Below, piece by piece: positions 40,106 to 54,089 of a DNA stretch of 64,000 nt. The DNA comes from Kudoa neothunni (lineage: Eukaryota > Animalia > Cnidaria), in the NCBI GenBank assembly GCA_964304625.1, contig OZ199838.1, forward strand, positions 13,617,002 through 13,681,001. Reading direction: 5' to 3'. Below the pieces are notes generated by a model, which was not told the DNA's origin, made no database searches, and was given only the letters and a program-made list of their open reading frames with translations. Numbering within the stretch: position 1 is the stretch's first letter; each line of letters begins with the position of its first letter. Both the position numbers and the translations under genes were made by a program.

Positions 40106-43105
40106 AAGTTGGAAAACTTTTTCACTCAAGTCGTCCTTATTACTGACTATATTAGCTTAGCGATTGGATCCAAGAGTCTGTTTCCTCCGAGTCGCTAATA
40201 AATTTTCCATCATCAATTTGCAGAATGTTTGAGGAAAACTCTCCAGATTCCAAGTCGTTGTAAAGATGAACCTTCATGTTGATGGTCAATCTTAGAGATT
40301 TCATTGTTGACCATAGGTATAACGATGTTAAACATAACTTAATCTGGTCCCCTCTTGTACCTTTTGGTATAACTGGCAAAGTTTGACGGAAATCTTCAGA
40401 GAGTATCGTTGTGATTCCGCCAAATGGGACATTATTTTCCGTAATGTCTCTTAATGGTCGATCCAATGCTTCTAGTGCGATCCTGTTCGCCATTGTACAT
40501 TCGTCCCAAATGATTGCTGAAGTACGTTTTAGCATTTCCAGGGATCCCCTTCCCTACTAATCCTGCATGTTGCGGTGCAATCATCTAATAGTTTTAAGGG
40601 AAGCTTAAGGTGTTGTGAGCAGTTCTACCACCAGGGAGTAATGTGAAGGCAATACCAGACAAAACCACCGCCAGTGCGATTTTGTTATATCTTTTTATTT
40701 TCGCTAAGAGCAAGTTGATCACAAATGTCTTTCCTGTTCCGCCGGGCGCATCTAAGAAAAATATGTGTCCATGATTATGTTGATTGTCCAGACTTTGTAG
40801 TATAGTGTTAAAAGCGTGCATCTGTTCATCAATTAACTTAGGCTTGTTAAACGTAACAAATTCATCTAATTGTTCTATATTAGACCCAAGCTATCGTCAG
40901 ATTTCACTGGGAAGGTGGTTACCAAAACTCCTGTCTATGTCAGGAAAACCCGAAGTATCCAACTTCTCACCACCCATTCCCATTAGCATATTTTCAATGT
41001 CTGTAAGTGCCATGTTGAAAATAATAGAGTTGCGTTCAATGGAAACGTTGCTGTTTTCCAGTTGAAGTTGACGTAGGTAATCTTCGGAGAGGACGCTCCT
41101 AAAGGTTGTCCAAATATTGAAATTGCTAATTCTAACCGTCTTCTTAATTGCGTTGGAGAATTCGTAACCACAGCCTCGGCCATAGTATTTTCCCAATGGC
41201 TGTCATTTTTTAATAAGCCACGCAGCATACATACTTCTCTGTATGTTGAACATAGGCGACCATCAATCGTGCGTAAATCCTCTAAGCACGTCAGTCCCCT
41301 AACTTCATGAAGCAAGATTCTTAAATAAAAACATTCATGCTGGTTAGGATGAATGGTGTATACTCTTCCTAACGTTTGATCAAATTTAACACCCGGATGT
41401 CCTTCAACCGGAACGCCACGCGTTCTAAGAACTCATTTGTTATTTTTCCATGTATAGTAGGACGGTATTTGATTGTAAAAGGGAGTTTTTGCAAAGGAAT
41501 CAACCCCACAAATTTTGAAAAACGCAATAAATGTTGTATTCTTGGGATTTTGTAGCTGACTTAACAACGTTTCTTCGGTGAAGTATATGCGTTGGCCATT
41601 TTCCAGATGAACACTCAAATGCTGAATGGCGGGATACCGATTGTGAATTCCAAAACCAAATGTCCGCCAAAAAGCTTCGCTACTGCTAATGTATCTTTCC
41701 ATCTGAAACTGCATAATTTCATCGTTGATGTATTGCTGGTTTAGCGAATACATTGCAGCATCGGATCCTTTATTTATGTATTTGAATACATATTTGATGA
41801 ATTTTACCGAATTGCAAAACTCTACGTTAATGTGACCATTGAATATTTTTGATAGTAGTGGGCAATATGGCATTTTCCACCTATTATCAATAATGACGTC
41901 TCTGTTCCCTCTTAATCTGAGTAGAACTTCCAATCCACTGTCGCCTGGTTTCCTTCTCCTATACAAAGGATAACCATCGTCGTCAGTTTGAGTTTGTTGC
42001 AAGAAATTTTTTGGATATTTCTTGGTACATCTTCCATCCTTCATGCAAGGACTATGAGGATTGATTACGCCACATGGACCATGCACCATGTGAGTTTTTA
42101 TTATTTGGAATACATCGTGATCTATGGTTGAATCAGGCAACTCTGCTGATACGAAACTATCAATATCACTGGTTTGTATGTAGCTTCCCATTTAGCCATA
42201 CCAAGATATGAGCATGTGGTAGCCCTCGTTTCTACCACCCAACAGTTTACATATCTCATTGTATATCGCCAAAGATTTTCAATTTGGTCGAGCAACACAT
42301 TAATTTTTTTAATCTAAGTTGAAAAACTCTTGTCATTTGCACTTTGACCGTTGAATAACTCGTCAGTAATTTCAGTCTAGACAGGATCGCATGTAAAGGT
42401 AATGAGGAGATCAGGGCGGTCATGGCATCTAACATAGATCATTGCATCCTGAGTCTCCTCATGCTTATATCGAAGCGAACCAGTGCAGGTGGAAGATAGT
42501 ATACAAAGTTGACCTCATTCCACATTTCCTCCATCATTCAATATATTGTCTCGCAAATGGATGTTGGAATCAATACGGAGTTCCTTTTGATGGGTTCGTA
42601 TATAGCAATATCTTTTAGATTCCATTTTCGCGAACATACCAACAGCGAATTATTGAAATAACGCCCTGTATCTGTGCAAAAGATTGTAACTGTTTTCCTT
42701 CGCCACAAAATGGTATGAGAAGAAATCTTTGCACGAAACGGTCTTGCGTGTTCCAACCATGGGAATTCCAAAGTGGTAACCAATTCCACCGTTAATGTAA
42801 ATGAGAGAATACTGCAAAGCGTCATATGAACGATGTGTTTCATTTATCCTTTGGAGTCTATCATCTCTGCTCCTAAGCACAATACCTCTGTTGCCACGTT
42901 ACATTTCCGGAATAATAACAGCAACCTCGTTACATACAGGAGCATTAAACCTCCTTTGATGTTCTCCTCTAGGGCGTTTGTCGACGTCAATGATAATTTG
43001 GAAATCCACGGATGCATGAATTTTTAGAGCGAATTTAAAATTTTGGATGTAACTATTCTTCTCATGTAACATATTCTGAAGTAACACTATAGTGTATGCT
43101 CCAAA

Positions 43106-44299
43106 TCTACTATAAAAGCAAACCGGAAATCCGTGTGTTTGTACGCCAATTAAACTATTTATAGAGAGACATAACGCTCCATTTGAGCACATGGAAAGAT
43201 AAAATTTTGTTTTAACACAACAAAATTATAAAAGATTTGCGTCCTACGAAATAACAATAAAAACAATTTCACGTAGTATGATTTGAGGATTTATGCAAAC
43301 ATAAATGAGATCATTTCGTTAGAAGTTTTAAAAGTTAATTTTAAACGTACCATAGTGTTTATTTTATGTTAAAATTATTAAAAAGTAATTGAATTAGTTC
43401 AAATAATGAAGGTAATATTAGGTTATGTAGCCAAGCATTAATATGAGATTCATTTGTTGGTGTTTAACGAAATTAGTGCTATTCATATAGTATGATTTAG
43501 ATTTTGCTGTGAACAACAGAGAAAATCGATTTTTTAGGGGCCCTGAGGAGGAGATTATAAACGCTCAGTAGTGTTTATTCATTTTTAAAAATATTAAATA
43601 GGGTTCATGCTTCTAATTTTTTAAGGTTAGCTAATTAAACTACAAATTGTCCTATTAATTGATTACTCTGTCAAAATTTTTCAACAATTTGTTTATATCA
43701 AGGAATAACTTTAAAATCCTAAGCGGTGCGTATTAAGATTCACGTGTAATTTCCACTTTATTTAGGAAAAGTTTAAAATTCTTTTATTTTTTGTGTTAAA
43801 CATAGTTATTTACATTAAGTACTCCAAAATTTGTTTATAATGAATAACAGAGACCTATCGGTTAACCCATTGGTTGCTGTGCTTTGTATATTAATGCGTT
43901 ACAAAATTAAAATAATTTAGAGCAAACTCATGTGATATTTATATTCGCTTTCTTTAAACGTACATTTTTGTGAACGTAATATGTAAAACGTAACAATTAA
44001 TGGTCAAGAAACCTAAATAGATCATATATTCACATACCAAAGTTTGGTATTTCAGTAGATTATAAATATATGGCGTAACACTACATTTTATAACCAAAAA
44101 CCAATTAATAAATGATTATTTTTAAGTTTTACACCATTTTTATATTAGTTAAGTAAATCAAACTTTCTTTGTGTAATCTTTGTTCTATTTGTCCGAATAC
44201 TCTTAATTTACATTAAACTTTAAATGATCTTGGCCAACTTAAGGCTTTAGTCTATTTGGCCGGCAAGGAAGCCTACGCGAAGCGGGACTTTTGCGCTAG
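43106..44299 (+). mobile_element. Non-autonomous Helitron nested in the RepHel gene
   Basis: A|TCtactataaaagc... start and ...cgcgaagcgggacttttgcgCTAG|T end. No TSD. Host RepHel homology resumes on both sides (..RIYPN / ..TIVLLQNMLHE). Confidence 0.85.
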
Positions 44300-44515
44300 T
44301 TGGGATATATTCTTGCTCTGATTTCAGTTTGTAAATTGCAATCTTCTAAGAAGTATATTTGTAAAAATTTTTCCTCTTCATTCTGCTGAGGTAGTAACAA
44401 CTCAATTCTATGGCAAATTTGCCCTTCAACTTTAAAAGTTGGCATGAAACCATGCTCGGAAACTATATTTGCGCCAAAAGACGTCATCTGGAACGCAGCG
44501 TTGTATTTTCTAATA

Positions 44516-46020
44516 TAGGGTTTCCCGATCAATGTGAGAACTGTTGAAATTAATGCAAGATGGTTTAGATTAAATTGGTCGTAGTATAAATAATTTTTAT
44601 TTCGTTTATTGTTTAAGTAACGGTAACAACATTAGCTTCCATCCTTAACCTCCGCGGTATAAATTTAAAAAAGGGGCTCCCCGATTTTAACACGTGACAG
44701 TTCCCGATCAAGTCAAGATTTAACGTTTTTTGATTCATAAAGTAAATAACTATATTTAAATTATAATGAGTTTATTTAAAAACATATTATTTATATTTAT
44801 TTCGCCGTAAACTTTTGATACTAGGATGGAACTAAACTCAGAAAATATCCGAAATAAAAAAATGATGTCTACTATCCCTGATGAAGATAGAGTTAAAATT
44901 ATCAATAAATCACTCGAAGGAAAATCTACGAAACAAATATCTGAAGATCTTTACATTAATTATAAGTCCGTTTGGGGAATCATAAAAAATTATAACAAGA
45001 ATGGTTGCATACGTATCCAGAACCGTGGTGGCGATAAAAAGTCAAAGTTGTCCCATGATCAAAAACATGAAATTTTATAATGGGTTGATTCTGGTTGTTT
45101 ATTGAGGCTAAATGATATGAAAAGAATGATTCAGGAAAAATTTAATATTTCTGTGAGCAAAAGCACGGTTGACAGAATACTTCAAAATTTTCATTATACA
45201 ATAACATGTACTGTACCGATTCCTGAACGGAGAAATTGTGTGTCTACAATCGAAACTAGATATACCTACGCAAAGGATTTTAGAAAATTCGAGCTGGACA
45301 TGGAGGATAAAACATTTATCTTTATGGATGAGTAGGGTTTGCTGTTGTTACGCGACCAAAAAGAGGACGGGCTGCTCGAGGTGCTTCTCCATATGTTTCT
45401 GTTTCGGCTGCAGGAGGCAGAAACATTTCAGTAGTGGCAGCCATGAATAAATATGGAATGATATTTCATAAAATTCACGATAAGGCGGTGAACGGAGAGG
45501 ATTTTAAAAGTTTTCTAATTGAATTAAAGGAGGAATGTACTTTAAAAAACATTAATGATCCTACCTTTATTTTGGACAATGCGCGTATTCACCATTATAA
45601 AGGGCTAAAAGACACTATAGACATGCTCGGACTCAAGTTATTCTTGCCGCCATACTCCCCATTTCTGAATCCAATAGAAAATATATTTTCTGTTTGGAAA
45701 AATTTGGTAATACGAGGAGAAGCTAAAAATGAGATGGAACTTAAGGAGTTAATCTCTAATGAATTTGATGAAATTACCTCTTCCCGTTGTGATGGCTTCT
45801 TCAGAAAAATGCTAAGGTATCTCCAAAAGGCTGAAAATAGGGAAATAATAAATCAGTAATATATTTTTATCCAAATATATTTAAATATATATTGGTTGTT
45901 ATTATATTACTGAATAGTTTTTATGCGCAATTTAAGTCTAAGTTAATTAAAATGAGTCTCATTAATTGTAATAGTTCTCGGTTTGATTGCAACAATTCTC
46001 ACTTTGATCGGGAAACCCTA
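44516..46020 (+). mobile_element. Tc1/IS630-like transposon nested in the Helitron
   Basis: TA TSD (44514-15, 46021-22). ~35-bp imperfect TIR tagggtttcccgatcaa(t/a)gtgagaa. Transposase 44826-45859 with FMDE, LDNARIH..LPPYSPFLNPIE, one stop (45078) and one frameshift (about 45332). Removing the element restores the Helitron motif FLRNIRKYN. Confidence 0.95.
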
Positions 46021-48179
46021 TATTCCTCAAGAATTCTTTCGAACCTGTAGTTATACCAGACAACAGCGTATGTAATAATTCCGGAGGTGTAGGCAAGATA
46101 TCCAAAATAACTTTTCCACCAGAGCAGCACATACCGGAAGTCTCATCATACCATTTTTTGCATGTAAAAATTCACAACGTAATTCAATTTTTCCTAATGT
46201 AACATTCTTGTCTCTCACGTAATCGAGGTTAGGGAGATAATTGAAGCCAGCGCGATTCCATACAGGAAGCGTCCCAGAAATAGTTCGTTGATTGGAATCG
46301 TTTCAATTGTCTGAATTAGTTGAAAGCTAAAATTTTCAACTGTTTGTCGTCGTTGATTAGCCGTTTGAACGGCTTCTAAAACCAAGCGTTCTTGTCTTCG
46401 CTGGACATTTTCATTTTGATCTCGTCGTAATTGAGATAGTTCCTCAGTTTTTTGGGATCGAAACTGTTGTTGACGTTGAAGATTTTGCTCCCTCCTTGGT
46501 TGAGTTGGTATCTCAATTGCTCGAGAACGCCAAATTCGTTCACGCATTCTGCTCTTTTCCAATCGTAGTCTTCTTTCCTTCACGGTCTCAAGTGCTCTTC
46601 TATTAAAATTTCTAATTCTATTACCTCGTCGTCTTCTCTCTCTCTCTCTCTGCTCCTGACTCTCCTTCTCTTTCGGCATTCAAAACGTTTTGAAATTGGT
46701 TATTTTTAAGTCTTCGGGTATCCATAATTTTTGTATAAATAAAGGATCAACCGGGAAAAAAGCGAATAAATCATTGCTAAATCCTCGCTAATTTAAACGG
46801 GGACACATAGATTTGTCATAATCTTATTATTACGTTATTTGTTGTTAAGGGATATTATTTTTCGTAGGTTATTTTACATTTACAGTGAAAATTCATCAGT
46901 CCTCTGAATATCCTTATTTTAACCGAAATAACTTTATAAGTTGATGATGTGGTAACCTTAATAATTCTCAAACACTATTTTTCACTAATTTGGTAAAGTT
47001 GTTTTTGTACTATTAATGATTAAAATTATAGTGAGATTATAATGGTAATTAACCATCAATATTTTTTACGATATCATCATAGTAACAGTAACATTGTGGT
47101 AATAACACTGATACAATTCCAACATACGTAATTTGGATTGTCGTTGGCGTCTGCAACCGAAATACAACAATATAATTGTCTCGCATTAAGGTAGAATTAA
47201 CTTTTTATTCAAAAATGGCGTTCGTTTTATCATTTGCTAATCACTGAAAAAGTTATTCCACGAATCTTATTATTCATTGCGTGAATCCTTATATATATGA
47301 GCTAACATTAAAAAAAAATTATTGCACAATTCAAGGATTTCTGTGAATCGATCATTATATATTTAAAACTCATCAAAAATATAACAGATATGGTTGTATT
47401 TAAGTATATTAGAATACTCCTTATGACAAATTCTTCATATAGAATAAAACTGAATGATGTTATGTAAGGCAGCGAAATAATACATCATTTAAAGTAAGAC
47501 ACCAGGATTAACAAATCAACAAATGTTCATTATTGTTATTTTGAACATACCTACTTGTTAATTCTTACAACTTAGTTGTTAGTTCAAAGCAACATCAATA
47601 ATGCAATTTAATCTGTTGTAAACACGAAATAGACTGATTTATTTAAATTCATAATATTATGAATATTACTACGCAATCCACTTTTTGTGACATTAGAAAC
47701 TAAAGTAGCCAAATTTCTGTAACAACACGTTAACATATATGATGGGCTTGTAATGATGGAAAAAGGTGGGCTGATTATAATAAATATTGTTATATAGGGT
47801 TTAACAAACAATTCGACATTGGAAACTATTTTTTATGCTTATCTAAAGGCACGCTTATTTAGACATTCCAAAAGTCCTCTCATATGTGTATATAATAGAT
47901 ATAAACGGTAAAGATGTATATCAAAATCATGGATATAGAGCTTAAGCTTGAAACATTAAAATCTTTCTTAATAACTTGTAGAAATTCAGCATACATAAAC
48001 ATCGATATGAAAAAACATAAATAATCCTATTGTTGAAAATATATAATTCGCTTAACCAAACTAAAACCAATAACAACACAATTTCCTGCATTATTTATGA
48101 ACTTCTGTCAGTGTAATAACTAATAAAAGAATTTTTAAATTATTTTTAACTATCAAAAGTCACATTAATCTCTACCGGT

Positions 48180-48290
48180 ACGGAAAAAATTAGCCGCACA
48201 TACATACTTAGGAGCACACACACGTTGACAAACAAACAAACACACACACACGGACACTTTAGCTTTATATATATATATATATATAGTAGA
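48180..48290 (-). mobile_element. Helitron 5' terminus with (TA)n/(GT)n/(GTTT)n microsatellites
   Basis: Minus strand A|TCtactatatat...gtccgtgtgtgt...ctaagtatgtatgtgcggctaattttttcc, sharing this motif with the 5' end of the 1.05-kb Helitrons. May be the 5' end of the large RepHel element. Confidence 0.7.
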
Positions 48291-48553
48291 TAAGGATGTC
48301 AATATATAAAATTTCATTAAATTCTTTCAGTTAGTTTTTGAGATATTAATTGACTGTGAAATAGCCGTTGCTTTTTTTATTTAACTATACTTTTTATCGT
48401 TATGAATTAGTTCTAATACATTGGTAATATCTTTCAATCAAAATTTTATATTTATTTTCTAGACACACTTTTTAAAATTGTTTAAGAATTATATTTAAAA
48501 AAGTATTAAGGTATATAAATGCGTGCGCGTCGACACGAGCGCCCTTTGATCAG

Positions 48554-51500
48554 ATGAGTAAACCTACGACGTACACCATAGGAGGTGTGGATGTGGAGTT
48601 TCCTTTCAAACCCTATCCATCACAGATTAGTATGATGAACCACGTGAGTTAATCTTTTTGCAGTAGGAGGTATTGGAAAACGTGTTTAGATTATTAAAGC
48701 ATTAAACGAGAAACAACATTCGTTATTGGAGAGCCCTACCGGTAGCGGTAAAACATTGTCGCTTTTATGTTCAACATTGTCATGGCAACGGCATGATTTA
48801 ACGAGTAATCACCTTAAATTGACTGTGAGCGTGTATTTTAATGTTTCTGTTAGAGCACCAAGTTTCAACAAGTAGATAATTTTTGTTGATAATTTGTGAA
48901 TTGTCTGGAATTTAATAGCTCAGTCTAAAGTTGAATCTACACAGGATTCCAGTATTAATGTATCGAATAAAGAGGTAATCGGCGTATTCTTGGTCCGCCG
49001 TTGGCATAACAACCACTATTTTAGAATGTCCCCCCTGATAAAAAATATGAACCACCTGTGGTTTTTTACTGTACTCGAACTCACAAGCAACTCACTCAGG
49101 TGGTATCCGAATTGAAATCCACAACATTGGCGAATGATTCGCTAAGAATGACCATTCTATCGAGCAGAGAGCATTCTTGCGTTAATAAGAGTGTGCTGAA
49201 GAAATCGACGAAAAACAGAGATTTGGTAGAAGCATGCCAAGAGTTGCTGAAGAAACCGAGACATTCAAGCGAAACTTGCCCCTTCTATCGCGGTATGGAT
49301 AAAATTGCAAGCCATAAAAATCTCAAAAAACACAATCTACCACCAGCATTCGATATCGAAGAGTACGTGAGTTTGGGGAAGAAATGTAAAGCATGTCCTT
49401 TTTTTGCATCCAAACAATTGATGGACACCGCTAATCTTATCCTCTGCCCCTATAACTACATTATTGATCCTTTGATACGTACCTCGTTGGACGTGAATAT
49501 AATGGATGCTATTGTTATTATTGATGAGGCACATAATATCGAAGATGTGTGTCGATCATCGATGAGCTATGCATTCACCGAACGACAAATAGTCCAGTGT
49601 ATGGTGGATTTGAATAGGTTATGCGAGATTTACACGTGTGAGCCACACATTAAGGCAGTATATCAGGGGTTGCATGGGTTTGTTGGTGGAATCAAGCATT
49701 GGTTGGCCACATGTGGTGCTCAAACAAAAACAGTTAATTTTACCACCGACCGATTTGTGGTCAAAGGTAATGAGGCGGTGAAATCGTTGATCGAATACGC
49801 AGGGATTAACCAACAAATTTTGAATCTACTAGACGAATATTTGTACCAGCTTAAAACATTCAAAGAAGATCAAATGGAGATAGCAATGTCGTATGGTGAT
49901 GACAAAGAGTATCATATAGCTGAGATGTCGGATGCAACCCGCCAGATCATTCAGAGTTGTGCGTTAATATTTAGCAATTTATTGAAAGGAGAATGTTGTA
50001 ATGATTATGTGGTTGCGTTGTCCAAAGAACGAGTACAGGCTGTTGATGAGTTCCAATTTGATAGGTCTTATCGAAACCGTTCATCTTTCTCTAAAGAAAT
50101 CCAACCCAATTACCCTTCTGAAATACAACTCACCTGCTCTTTTATATGTTTGAATCCGGCACTTGCATTTAGGCTGTTGGCCGATCAAACTCGTAGTGTA
50201 TTGTTAGCTTCTGGAACACTGTCGCCAATGAGTAGTTTTGGGCCGGAGTTAGGGGTTGATTTTAAAACAGTCTACGAAGCAAATCATGCGAAAACCAATC
50301 ATCAAGCATGGATTGCTGGTCTTGGTGTGGGGCCCAAAAACACGCCGATGAAACTCACTTTCCAATTCTACAATATGTTGGAAGTTCAGGATCAAATTGG
50401 CTCTGTTGTGATGGACGTGTGTGCTGCTGTTCCCAAAGGTGTGTTGTGTTTTCTCCCGTCATTCAACATTCTCGAGATGTTGATTAAACGTTGGACCAAC
50501 ACTCGTCTGTGGAAACGATTAAACGATACCAAACATGTTTTTTGCGAATCCAGAGGATCCAATCATCACGATGTAACTTTGATGAAACAATCCAATAAAC
50601 AATAACCATTTTGTTTTAGTCGGATAAAATGATGATCGAATACACCGATTGCTCTTTGGGAAAATATGACAACACCCAGAAACATGGTGCTGTTATGTTT
50701 GCTGTGTGTCGAGGCAAGAGCAGTGAAGGCATCGATTTCAGTGATGACATGGCGCGTGCCGTTATCACCATAGGGATTCCATTCCCCAACATTAAAACAA
50801 CTGAAATTTCCGAAAAAATGGCTTACAACGACGCCAAACGCAAATACTCTACTGAGCTTTATTTGGATGGTCGCGAGTGGTATAATATACAAGCGTATCG
50901 TGCCATCAATCAAGCCATCGGACGTTGTATACGTCACAGCGAAGATTGGGGAGCTATTATATTGCTGGATGCGAGATTCAGTGAAAAAACCAATCGCAAA
51001 AATACCTCAGTCAACAATCTTTCTAGATGGGTTCGCGATAAGTTGGTATCGTTTGAAGATTACGCTTCTTTCATGAGTCAACTTCAGAATTTCATTGGGC
51101 TTAAGTCGCATCAACAACAACTCTCCCAATCCCCTTCTCTCTCCTCAACTGCCGTTGTACCAGACGAACTCTCGATTTTGCCATCAAAATCATATTCTAA
51201 TGATGAGACTGATAATGGTGATGATGATGACTTTAAGCCCCTTGGTTCCTCTCGAAAAAGACGTCTTTCCACAACGAAAAAAGAAAAATGCGTACGATCG
51301 TTGTCAAGCGACTCATCTTTGTCCCCAATTATAATGTCTGGTTCTGCTGATTTTTTTATGAAATCCAAAAATAATAGTGGTCATGTAATTAGTCCCTCGA
51401 GTGAAGTTAAGAAAGTAAATCGAGAAATTTTGAGTTTTATTAACATTAATTATTTATTTTGAATGATTTAGGAAGAAGATGAGATGTGCGTGCCAGTTGA

Positions 51501-52997
51501 GTCTGTAGAGGTATGTTTTAAAATTTGTTGTTTAAATTTTTACGATAATGCATGCTCCTGATACCAGAAGCTCTAATTTATGATTTATAAATAGATGAAT
51601 TTATTTTAATTATATTTTGAATATGAAATTAAGATTAAATTAAGTTTATCTAAACTTCACAATGCGCTACATTGGGGATTATTATGCGAGAGTTGCCGAG
51701 CGCGCGAGAACATATAATCGCATGGAGGAAGAATTTGGTCTAACCCCAAATAAATATTCTGTATAATTTTTTGGAAATAATTAATGGCACAAAAATGATG
51801 TTATCTCTTGAGGGCTACCATCTGATGAGACGCGACCTTTACCGATGATTATAAACTTGCAAGGTTTAATTTTACCCGTGTTATAAATTCATTGTATTTC
51901 AACACGTATATAATTTATTTTTTTAAATCCTTCGAAAAACTTATAGTTTAGTTCCTCGTATTTGTAACTTGTTCTTATTATGGTTATACCTCGTTAGTTA
52001 ATATGTTTTACGTAGGCCCTGAAAGATAGGGGAAAGTTCGCTTGTAATAAAAAGCTGAACTTTAAATAATTTATAAAAAATTTTAACTATTACACAGATA
52101 AGTCTTTCCTTATTTTTTCAGAGTAATAATCATTCATTTCTGTTTTAGATATATGCATACATACGTTAACCTCCGCCAAGATTAATTTGTTGGTCGATTG
52201 ATTGATTGATTAAGTGAATGTTTATTTCTTTAAATTCACAAATTAAATTTTATTATAGTTTGTTGGTCACTTCACAATAATTTTGCAATCGCGTTATAAA
52301 TTAATGGCACTTTGTTTGAAAGTAACAACAACAGTTAAAATCGTTTGGTTTTCTTCAAAATAAACGAGTTTTAGGTTAAACTTTGTTGTCGCATAGTCTT
52401 GTTGTTGAGTATTTTCATTGCTATACATAGCTAAATAAAGTAAAAATCTGTGTTAGTTGAGCTTGCACTTATTTTTGATATACGATGTGTCGATTGATTA
52501 TTTAAACAACTCAAAATTCATAATTAATGCTGCTACCTTAGACCATAACACTTTGTAACATCTGCTCAAATTCCGTTTCTGCTCCCTCCGAGGAGTTATG
52601 CAAAGGTAATTCTCTACTTAAACTCTACTCAAGCTAACTCACTGTATTTATAAGGACATAAAACATGTGGTGACGAATGTATTTTGTCAAATTTTTTAAA
52701 GTCCCACTCCAACAAAACGTTATATGAAATTTCTGAAGGATTTTTTGGTGCCAGTATTAAAATGGCACAAACTATGGATCATTCTGAAGCTCAATATCCG
52801 AGTAAAACCTTTGTAAGTTAATTGTTATAATATTTCAACCAATAGGTGAAATGTTCAATGCTATTTACTGTGTCAATAACAATGTGTTACATCTACCAAT
52901 GAAATGCTCGAACTGTGAAGCAGATGAGGTTTGCTGTTGGAAGACTATCAAACTAGATGATTCAAAATCAACTTCAAACATAACTTTTTCTATTTAA
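48554..52997 (+). CDS. BRIP1: Fanconi anemia group J / BRIP1 Fe-S DEAH helicase
   Basis: [30 protein letters not shown]|[28 protein letters not shown]; [17 protein letters not shown]; four Fe-S cysteines (REHSC, EAC, TCPFY, ACPFF); [10 protein letters not shown]; LASGTLSPM; [13 protein letters not shown]; [27 protein letters not shown]. Exons downstream of 51414 (to TAA 52995-52997, which overlaps an AATAAA) are less certain. Confidence 0.93.
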
Positions 52998-54089
52998 TAA
53001 AGTAAATTTGTCTTAAAACAAATTTTTTAGACTTATTTCTCTTAGCTTTTTGATTACACAATTAGAACATGAATTTTTTATCACTTGGCTCTAAATGACA
53101 GCTTAATTATCTTTCATAGTTGAAAAATGTAATTTTTAATGTCACAAGCGTATATATCGGTTGACATAATGATACTTTCAGTTCATCATGAAATTGTAAA
53201 CTTCCAGAAGTTTCAACAAATTATTTTATACTGTATTTATGACTTAATATCGAAACATTCAGCTTTCCGTGCATTTTTCTATTTTGGTGATTTATAAGTA
53301 TGAGTGTTGTGTTTCGCTTACACTTGCGTAAGCGAGGAAACGAGATTTTTTTGTAGTTATTGCAACGAATATCATATAATGAACGTTATTCGAGTTTTTG
53401 GGTTCAATTACGATATTTTTTTGGCCAGATTACAAATTATCAAGTCGAAAATTTAAAAAGTTCTTTATTTTATTTGAAGAACATTCTTGAACTGAATATT
53501 AAGAAAATTGTACTGAAATTTGAGGAATTCTATTACAAGGTTTTCAATATGTGGTGTCTCGATGTAGCCTGAGGCTTACAAATGTTTCGCGGCCTGGCAG
53601 TGACTTAGTGTAAATCCTTTTAAAAATAAGAAAATGACTACGGGACTTGTAAACAACATTTAGGTATCATTAGTTTTGAAACAATTAAATCTGTATACGG
53701 CCTGCGAGTAACAGTTACTGGGATTTAGACTTGTCGGTATGCATGCGTCTATACTGTTTAGAATTAAAAAGTTTCATGACAATATCTTCTAACTTTAAAA
53801 ATGATAATCATAACGTGTAATCTGCGGCGGTTTATTTGTTGTCCAAGTTTGCGCATGCATGCGACATCGATGTAATTACACCGGCCGTTTAATTATGTTT
53901 TAACAACAATTTGGTAATTACTTTTGAGTAAAATCTATTCGAATCATATTATACCTTGATAGGCTAATTTACAACAGCTCAGTGGAATTCATCGGGTATG
54001 TTCGATAAAAATAAACTAATTTAGAAGATAAACGTATTTTAATGTAAATATATTTCATTAATTGTTTTTATATACATCGAAAATGTAGT

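Larger units (their letters stand above)
39300..46679 (-). mobile_element. Helitron RepHel pseudogene (HUH Rep plus PIF1 helicase), interrupted by three insertions
   Basis: R/E-rich N-terminus (ORF 46215-46679), FLRNIRKYNAAFQMTSFG, HRSYDALQY, KRGLPHAHILVW (HUH), MVHGPCG, KYVFKYINKG, DAPGGTGKT, IIWDECTM, RAILAPTN, RLQFPIKVSFAMSTNKS. Many stops and frameshifts. The 3' end is truncated near 39300. Confidence 0.95.
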
